Source: Candidatus Nanopusillus sp. (GTDB lineage Archaea; Nanobdellota; Nanobdellia; Nanobdellales; Nanobdellaceae). From it: a stretch of 12,052 nucleotides of DNA. A model generated the notes under the pieces. The model ran no database searches. It was not told where the DNA came from and was given only the letters and a program-made list of their open reading frames with translations. The stretch spans positions 1-12,052 of the forward strand of contig JAPYVP010000016.1 of NCBI GenBank assembly GCA_028276785.1, in the 5' to 3' direction. The position numbers and the translations under genes are program-made. Shown piece after piece: positions 7,180 through 12,052 of this stretch (within the stretch, counting starts at the first letter, position 1; every line of letters begins with the position of its first letter).

Positions 7180-7647
7180 CTATGGTGTACGCAATGTCGC
7201 CTGAACAGATATTCCACTATATGTAAATGTAAATACATAATAATAAATTCCAGAACTCCATCTAGTAGTTAAACCTGTAGGATTACATGATAATGTTAAT
7301 GTAGTTTGTTGACCTGGTGTAATTATAGCAGATGAAGCTGAACAAGTATATGTAGTAAGAGTATATGTACTGTTTGTAGCCCAATATTCTTGAGCTACTA
7401 TAGTTAGATTAGCAGTATTAATTGGTACATTTCCACTATTGTATAATATTGCATATATATTACCACCAGAAACATATAATTGTGGCACACTAAAAGATAC
7501 TACTTGAGTAACACCGCTAACTTGTTGTGAAGTAGCTCCTGTTAAAGATGAAAACATTCCAGATAACCATGCATACATTAATCCTGCTATTGCTACTGTC
7601 ATTACAATTAATAGTATTGTTGCAATAATTGGCGATATACCCTTCAT
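7180..7647 (-). CDS. Archaeal type IV pilin-like protein with class III signal peptide
   Basis: 155 aa. The N-terminus MKG/ISPIIATILLIVMTVAIAGLMYAW has a short basic leader, then K-G, then a hydrophobic helix. This is the prepilin-peptidase (PibD/FlaK-type) substrate pattern and resembles the archaeal pilin N-terminal domain (Pfam Pilin_N, formerly DUF1628). The remainder is S/T/G-rich and beta-looking, with two Cys (TCSASS...LSCNP) and the N-x-S/T sequons NLT and NST. Confidence 0.8.
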   Translation of the reverse strand: MKGISPIIATILLIVMTVAIAGLMYAWLSGMFSSLTGATSQQVSGVTQVVSFSVPQLYVSGGNIYAILYNSGNVPINTANLTIVAQEYWATNSTYTLTTYTCSASSAIITPGQQTTLTLSCNPTGLTTRWSSGIYYYVFTFTYSGISVQATLRTP

Positions 7648-7670
7648 AAATAATTTATTAAAATATTGAT

Positions 7671-7680
7671 ATTTATAAAT
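7671..7680. promoter_or_regulatory. Palindromic TATA element between the divergent pilin gene and tRNA-Arg (possible bidirectional promoter core)
   Basis: ATTTATAAAT is a perfect 10-bp palindrome. Its centre is 28.5 nt from the pilin ATG (7647) and 33.5 nt from the mature tRNA 5' end (7709). An A-rich BRE-like stretch (TTAAAAA on the minus strand, 7681..7687) flanks it on the pilin side. Confidence 0.35.
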
Positions 7681-7708
7681 TTTTTAACTTTAATCAAAAT
7701 TTAATAAA

Positions 7709-7783
7709 GGACCCGTAGCTCAGCATGGATAGAGCGACGGCCTCCTAAGCCGTAGGTCGGGGGTTCGAATCCCCCCGGGTCCG
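7709..7783 (+). tRNA. tRNA-Arg (anticodon CCT), no intron, CCA not encoded
   Basis: I folded it by hand into a cloverleaf. The acceptor GGACCCG pairs with CGGGTCC. The D arm is GCTC/GAGC with a 10-nt loop. The anticodon stem is ACGGC/GCCGT with loop CT-CCT-AA. The variable loop is AGGTC. The T arm is GGGGG-TTCGAAT-CCCCC and the discriminator is G. It is 75 nt with 50 G+C (67%). Confidence 0.93.
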
Positions 7784-7796
7784 CTTAATTATTAAA

Positions 7797-8996
7797 TTAA
7801 ACATCGATTTCACGTTTATAATATCTTAATCCCAATAAAAATAATGAAGAGACTATATATACATAAACCATTGGCATAAAATCTATTACGTAGAATGTAA
7901 ATAATGTATCGTTACCTAACATATATATTAAGAAAAATCCTAAATAAATTGACAATGGATATAAATAAGAAACTGTAACTTTCTTATCTTTTAATATAAA
8001 CACTAAAGGTGTTAAAATTAACCAGAGTATCATAAAATAATTGTTTACAGATGCATAAAAATTATTTAAATAAAGGTCATTTCCAGAATATGCTCCCAAA
8101 TAAAATGGATGAATGTTTAACAACCATTGCCATGGCAGAGAAATTTGATTTGTAGCATTTACAACATGTCCAGACGTTATACCCCACTCTAATGCGTCTA
8201 AAAAGCCCTTATTAAACCAATTAGAAAATCCAAAATATATAATTAATGGAATGTTTAAAGATAAATATATTAGCAATGGTAGTATAATTACATAGAAAAA
8301 TCTCTTTATTATACTCATATCAACTTTCCTGACATAATATAGAAAAGGGAATATTAAAAATGCTCCTGAAAATTTTGAAGAAAATGCCAGTCCAAAAGAT
8401 ATTGATGATTTTTGTATGTCATCTTTTATTAAATAATATAATGATAATAAAGAAAAAAATGAAACATATATATCTAACATGGCTATACCATGCATTATCC
8501 ACATATTTGGATCAGATATAATTAAAACTGAAGCGATTATTCCAGCAACATTTCCAAATATATTATTACCAACAATTTTTCTAGTTATTAAAAATGATAG
8601 GATTATTATTAAATCCCCCAATATCCAACTAGGAATTCTCCAAACCCAATAATCATATCCTAAAAAATATATAAAGATACCAATAATATATTTTGCTAAA
8701 GGTGGATGTTCAAGATTAAAATAGTCAACCAATTCTTTTCCAGAAGGAAATGGAACAGTCTGATTTATATTTAAATGAAATATTTTTGTCATAATATTAT
8801 ATGAGGCTGGAGCATACCATACTTCATCAGAAATATATGAATTTATATGATAAAATACAGAAACTGTCTGATAAGTATAAATTAACAATAAAATACCCAA
8901 AATTATATAAAAAGGATATTTTTTTATAAATCCATATAATTTATGTACTATTCTGTTTCTCTTTAAATTATCAATAATCTTAAATAAATTTCTCAT
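7797..8996 (-). CDS. GT-C fold membrane glycosyltransferase, PMT/GT39-like (dolichyl-phosphate-sugar:protein or related polyprenyl-phosphate-dependent transferase)
   Basis: 399 aa and polytopic (roughly 10 hydrophobic segments). The first extracytoplasmic loop carries SDEVWYAPASY, comparable to the PMT catalytic DE motif (DEVHFGKFASYY). EHPPLAKYIIGIF follows, comparable to PMT VHPPLGKMLIA. Assignment to GT39 rather than the ArnT-like PMT_2/GT83 family cannot be settled by eye. Confidence 0.75.
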   Translation of the reverse strand: MRNLFKIIDNLKRNRIVHKLYGFIKKYPFYIILGILLLIYTYQTVSVFYHINSYISDEVWYAPASYNIMTKIFHLNINQTVPFPSGKELVDYFNLEHPPLAKYIIGIFIYFLGYDYWVWRIPSWILGDLIIILSFLITRKIVGNNIFGNVAGIIASVLIISDPNMWIMHGIAMLDIYVSFFSLLSLYYLIKDDIQKSSISFGLAFSSKFSGAFLIFPFLYYVRKVDMSIIKRFFYVIILPLLIYLSLNIPLIIYFGFSNWFNKGFLDALEWGITSGHVVNATNQISLPWQWLLNIHPFYLGAYSGNDLYLNNFYASVNNYFMILWLILTPLVFILKDKKVTVSYLYPLSIYLGFFLIYMLGNDTLFTFYVIDFMPMVYVYIVSSLFLLGLRYYKREIDV

Positions 8997-9034
8997 TAAT
9001 GATCTATCTTAAAAAAATTTAAAAAATAGACTAT

Positions 9035-10228
9035 TTAAGATAATCTTTCTATATAGATTTCTGGCATAATTCCGTCTGGTGGATATGTTCTCCCAACAAT
9101 CCAGTATATGGATTGAGAAGATGTTGATTGAGAACCACTTCCAGAACCAATGGAAAAATATCTTCCAGACAAAATGTTTCTATCAACTCTTATTTTTAAA
9201 GTCTGATTAGTATTTTCCAAAGTTCCCAATAGAGAAATTGGCGGAATATCATTCAATACAAGATATCCTGCTTGTACATATGTATCATTACAGAAATTGG
9301 CTAAGAAATATGAATAAACATATGATTGGTTTTTATCTATAAATGATCCTTCATATAATTGTACAGGAAATATTCTACCATAATATGAAATATATATTGC
9401 CGGCTGTAAATTATAATACTCATACTGTACAAATATAGAACCATATAGGGTTGGTGTATATCCTCCAAATTTATTTGCTCCCGCTGCATATACAACGGAT
9501 TTTTCACCATACATTGAAATTACATTTGCATCAGCTTCCCCACTATAATACCATCCTTCTTCAATAATTATTGGTATATTTGGAATATTTCCATTATTTG
9601 GTGGTTCTATATATGATCCTTGAGATAATGAATAATTTATCATCTCAATTCCATTAATTGTTGGGGTTGGAAAATAATTTCCATTTTTAACATTTAAAAC
9701 CCAATTATGTCTTGTATCATAAAACCAACCATAAAAATTAAAGACTAGTTGTCCATTATCATAAATACTCAGAGGTCCCCAACTGTAATTATTATATACA
9801 TAAGATGATATACCAACGTATGGAGAATATTTTTCATAGTAATTTTCTCCCACAGGTCCTATATACATGTATATTGTAATATTTGAATGTGAAGAGATTG
9901 GGGTTGGTAACTTTACCCACCAAATAGAATAATTGTTATAATAACCTGCAAACCAGGAATATAAAATTGACCCTGTAATGTTATTCAAATCTGTAAAGAA
10001 GAAAACGTTTGATCCATTTTCATTTATCCCATATTCATTCATTATAGAGCTATTTATATATATTTCTTGTTGAAATGGTGAAAAAACTGTACAATTTGTT
10101 GGATTATATACTAATAGCTTTAATATTTTTCCGCTGCTATGTGTTTTATTTTGATTACCCAAATAGTATATTATTCCAAAAATAAGAACAATAAAAATTA
10201 ACAATATAAATAAATTTCTTTTATTCAT
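9035..10228 (-). CDS. Secreted or N-terminally anchored glycoprotein with a DUF2341-like (concanavalin/LamG-like) domain
   Basis: 397 aa with the signal/anchor MNKRNLFILLIFIVLIFGIIYYLG and a Y/N/G-rich, beta-looking body. The segment ...GSNVFFFTDLNNITGSILYSWFAGYYNNYSIWWVKLPTPISSHSNITIYMYIGP resembles the DUF2341 core as I recall it (..DiRF.d..g..L.yeiE.....a.vWVKvP.l.a....iYmYYGn). I count 12 N-x-S/T sequons: NKT, NCT, NSS, NGS, NIT, NYS, NIT, NYS, NYS, NQS, NDT, NQT. The CDS call is strong and the family call is moderate. Confidence 0.6.
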   Translation of the reverse strand: MNKRNLFILLIFIVLIFGIIYYLGNQNKTHSSGKILKLLVYNPTNCTVFSPFQQEIYINSSIMNEYGINENGSNVFFFTDLNNITGSILYSWFAGYYNNYSIWWVKLPTPISSHSNITIYMYIGPVGENYYEKYSPYVGISSYVYNNYSWGPLSIYDNGQLVFNFYGWFYDTRHNWVLNVKNGNYFPTPTINGIEMINYSLSQGSYIEPPNNGNIPNIPIIIEEGWYYSGEADANVISMYGEKSVVYAAGANKFGGYTPTLYGSIFVQYEYYNLQPAIYISYYGRIFPVQLYEGSFIDKNQSYVYSYFLANFCNDTYVQAGYLVLNDIPPISLLGTLENTNQTLKIRVDRNILSGRYFSIGSGSGSQSTSSQSIYWIVGRTYPPDGIMPEIYIERLS

Positions 10229-10269
10229 AAACTAATAATGATAATAATTTTTTTAAATAATTTGTTATT

Positions 10270-11412
10270 TTATATCAATAGTAACAGACCCAAAATTCCT
10301 GCTATAAATATAAGTACATAATTTATATTCTCAGAAACTGATAGGGTAGGTGAAGAAGATCCCAATCCAACATTAAATTGGTAAGTTCCATACCCGACAT
10401 ATTGTCCATCTACATAAACCTTTATATTCACATCTGTTGAACCTGGAGATAATACAAGCATATTAAATGGTATTATTACTGAACTATTTGGTGGTAAAGA
10501 AGAAGATATAGTAATATTATCTAATACTGTTAATGGTAAGTTATTATATGATAAAATTACGCTATTTCCAATAACTGAAAAAGATAAAGTTATATTATTA
10601 ATCGTTGCATTACCAGAATTAGTTATATTTAAATAAAATATTACGTTTCCAGACTGTACAGGGATACTAATTGACCTATAGAATGTTTGATTAATAGAGT
10701 TAATATTTAGAATACCACGCAGATATAGAATAGAACTATATATACGAGTGGTTGTTGTAGTAGTAGTTACATAATTTGTAATAGTAGAAGTAGTTGTAAC
10801 TGTAGATGTTGTATATTGGGTGTTTGTTACTGCTGAATAAACCGTAGATGTCGTAGTACTTGTTACACTTGTAGTATATGTCTGGCCATTTATGATTGTC
10901 GAAGTTGAAGTTACAGTAGAAGTAACTGTTGTTGTTGATACTGCGCTAGTAACTGTTGCTGTACTAGTAACAGTTGTATAAATAGTCGATGTTGATGTAT
11001 AAACTGTAGATGTCGTAGTACTTGTAATTGTTGAAGTAACTGTTGTTGTTGATACTGCGCTAGTAACTGTTGCTGTACTTGTTGCCGTGGTATAAACCGT
11101 ATTAGTAACTGTTGTATATACTGTGTTAGTTACTGTTGTATATTCAGTATATGTGACTGTTGTATATACTGTGTTAGTTACTGTGGATGTAACAGTTCTT
11201 GTAACAGTAACGGTTTTATAGACTGTATTAATTACTGTATATGTACAATATTCTACACATTCAGTTCCTACACTACAATAAGTACATATACCACCTGGAG
11301 CATCATAGGTAGTACAAGGACCACTATAAATAACATTAAATGCCTTTATAAATAATACTAAAATTAACATATATTTTAAAATTCTTTTTATTTTTGTACT
11401 AGTATCTATCAT
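10270..11412 (-). CDS. Thr-rich cell-surface protein B: signal peptide, Cys-rich module, Thr/Val/Ser repeat region, Ig-like (CARDB / COG1361 S-layer-domain-like) domain, C-terminal TM anchor
   Basis: I place the start at ATG 11412..11410 (380 aa), not at the track's 11556. MIDTSTKIKRILKYMLILVLFIKAFNVIYSG is a proper signal peptide, and its ATG overlaps the stop of the upstream gene (ATGA at 11412..11409). Next comes GPCTTYDAPGGICTYCSVGTECVEYCTY with 6 Cys. About 170 residues of T/V/S/Y repeats follow (VTNTVYTT units). A domain then reads ...VIFYLNITNSGNATINNITLSFSV...LPPNSSVIIPFNMLVLSPGSTDVNIKVYVDGQYVG, resembling CARDB/archaeal S-layer-domain Ig folds. The C-terminus is the hydrophobic YVLIFIAGILGLLLLI. 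Confidence 0.75.
   Translation of the reverse strand: MIDTSTKIKRILKYMLILVLFIKAFNVIYSGPCTTYDAPGGICTYCSVGTECVEYCTYTVINTVYKTVTVTRTVTSTVTNTVYTTVTYTEYTTVTNTVYTTVTNTVYTTATSTATVTSAVSTTTVTSTITSTTTSTVYTSTSTIYTTVTSTATVTSAVSTTTVTSTVTSTSTIINGQTYTTSVTSTTTSTVYSAVTNTQYTTSTVTTTSTITNYVTTTTTTTRIYSSILYLRGILNINSINQTFYRSISIPVQSGNVIFYLNITNSGNATINNITLSFSVIGNSVILSYNNLPLTVLDNITISSSLPPNSSVIIPFNMLVLSPGSTDVNIKVYVDGQYVGYGTYQFNVGLGSSSPTLSVSENINYVLIFIAGILGLLLLI
10747..11241 (-). repeat. Coding Thr/Val/Ser repeat array in protein B (24-bp octapeptide units plus a 114-bp higher-order duplication)
   Basis: A perfect 29-bp repeat lies at 11108..11136 and 11156..11184 (offset 48 bp, two 24-bp units). A perfect 47-bp repeat lies at 10919..10965 and 11033..11079 (offset 114 bp, 38 codons) and encodes TSTATVTSAVSTTTVTST twice. 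Both were checked base by base. Confidence 0.9.
11075..11139 (-). repeat. 65-bp perfect direct repeat, copy in gene B (partner at 11728..11792 in gene A)
   Basis: gtacttgttgccgtggtataaaccgtattagtaactgttgtatatactgtgttagttactgttgt is identical at both sites (compared base by base). The offset is 653 bp and both copies are in the same reading frame in their genes (see findings). Confidence 0.92.
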
Positions 11413-12029
11413 GATTGTATTAAAGTGTAATAAGTTTGGCTGGTTGTAACAGTTGAAGTTACAGTAGATGTTGTAGTTGTATAAACAGTTGATGTAGTTG
11501 TAACCGTGCTTGTAGTTGTCATGGTATCGGTGGCCGTTGTGTATACAGTACTCCATATGGTTACTGTAGAAGTTGTCGTTGTTGTAATTGTAGTTGAAAC
11601 GACTACTGTAGAAGTTATTGTGTTTGTAGCGGTTCCTGTAACAGTTGAAGTTACTGTGGTAGTTAAAGCGCTGGTTGTAGTAAATATGCCATATACAGTC
11701 TGTGTTATTGTAGTTGTTGAATATACAGTACTTGTTGCCGTGGTATAAACCGTATTAGTAACTGTTGTATATACTGTGTTAGTTACTGTTGTTGTTCTAG
11801 TTATTGTTGTATATTCAAAGTATGTAATTGTAGTATATTTTGTGTTAGTTACTGTTGTATAAACCGTATTAGTTACTGTGGATGTATATGTAGCAGTAAC
11901 TGTATCAGTTACTGTGGATGTAACAGTATTATAAACAGAAGTAAATGTTGCACATTGTGAATATATAGGCAACATATGAATAAAAATAACTATAAATATC
12001 ATCAAAATCTTATATAATTTATGTAGCAT
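11409..12029 (-). CDS. Thr-rich secreted protein A (paralog of the N-terminal repeat region of protein B, no anchor)
   Basis: 206 aa with the signal peptide MLHKLYKILMIFIVIFIHMLPIYSQ. The mature part is about half threonine (I count about 88 T in about 180 residues). It contains the units VTNTVYTT / VTNTKYTT / ITYFEYTT. The protein ends ...TSQTYYTLIQS with a TGA that overlaps the next gene's ATG. Confidence 0.75.
   Translation of the reverse strand: MLHKLYKILMIFIVIFIHMLPIYSQCATFTSVYNTVTSTVTDTVTATYTSTVTNTVYTTVTNTKYTTITYFEYTTITRTTTVTNTVYTTVTNTVYTTATSTVYSTTTITQTVYGIFTTTSALTTTVTSTVTGTATNTITSTVVVSTTITTTTTSTVTIWSTVYTTATDTMTTTSTVTTTSTVYTTTTSTVTSTVTTSQTYYTLIQS
11728..11792 (-). repeat. 65-bp perfect direct repeat, copy in gene A (partner at 11075..11139 in gene B)
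   Basis: See the partner entry. Weaker similarity with an indel continues on the higher-coordinate (5') side of both genes, to about 11890 in A and 11190 in B. Confidence 0.92.
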
Positions 12030-12052
12030 AATTCTCTTATTTTTGTTCTTAT

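Noticed and set aside
6978-7238. Track ORF, 86 aa, minus strand
   Set aside because: It overlaps the 3' end of the coiled-coil gene (antisense) and the 3' end of the pilin gene (same strand, other frame), and it bridges an oligo-T-rich spacer. It is most likely spurious.
11506-11748. Track ORF, 80 aa, plus strand, extremely Val-rich
   Set aside because: It is the antisense reading of ACN/GTN (Thr/Val) codon repeats of gene A. It has no start context and is nearly a valine homopolymer.
10747-11951. TxT-rich repeats as an antifreeze/ice-binding protein (similar to insect beta-helix AFPs)
   Set aside because: The host looks thermophilic (GC-rich tRNA). The repeats also lack the regular Cys or 12-15-residue coil periodicity of known TxT antifreeze beta-helices. 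A glycosylated stalk or fibre is more plausible.
10747-11951. Repeated 24-65 bp units as a CRISPR array or mobile-element remnant
   Set aside because: The repeats are contiguous, in frame and coding, with no unique spacers of regular length. There is no leader, no cas genes, no transposase and no terminal inverted repeats.
7709-12029. tRNA-Arg as the attachment site of an integrated island carrying the surface genes
   Set aside because: No integrase gene is present, and no second copy of the tRNA 3' segment (a GC-rich string that would stand out) appears anywhere in the window. The hypothesis cannot be fully excluded because the island runs off the right edge.

Overview
AT-rich archaeal chromosomal window, by eye about a quarter to 30% G+C. 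It is probably from a thermophile: a 67% G+C tRNA sits in a very AT-rich background. Archaeal identity is supported by a class III (type IV pilin-like) signal peptide, TATA-type promoters close to start codons, an archaemetzincin and a vapBC pair. I cannot name the organism. Left two thirds (1-7.1 kb) hold a mix of genes. These are a left-edge-truncated hypothetical gene missing from the ORF track, a vapB/vapC toxin-antitoxin pair, and a membrane-anchored inhibitory-type serpin with an internal 57-bp tandem duplication. They are followed by a small membrane protein, a divergent archaemetzincin (peptidase M54-like) with a split zinc motif, a SufS-type cysteine desulfurase, an 83-aa protein resembling a single TBP-fold half, and a K/E-rich coiled-coil protein. 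Right third (7.2-12.0 kb, all protein genes on the minus strand) is a cell-envelope island. It contains a type IV pilin-like protein, a convergent tRNA-Arg(CCT), a PMT/GT39-like GT-C membrane glycosyltransferase and a DUF2341-like secreted protein with about a dozen N-glycosylation sequons. It also contains two adjacent, translationally coupled paralogous secreted proteins whose mature parts are about half threonine (octapeptide VTNTVYTT units). The most interesting hypothesis is that the GT-C enzyme and the hyper-Thr proteins form a protein O-glycosylation/surface-fibre cassette. To my knowledge the enzymology of this process is not established in Archaea. No CRISPR array, rRNA, transposase or integrase was seen.
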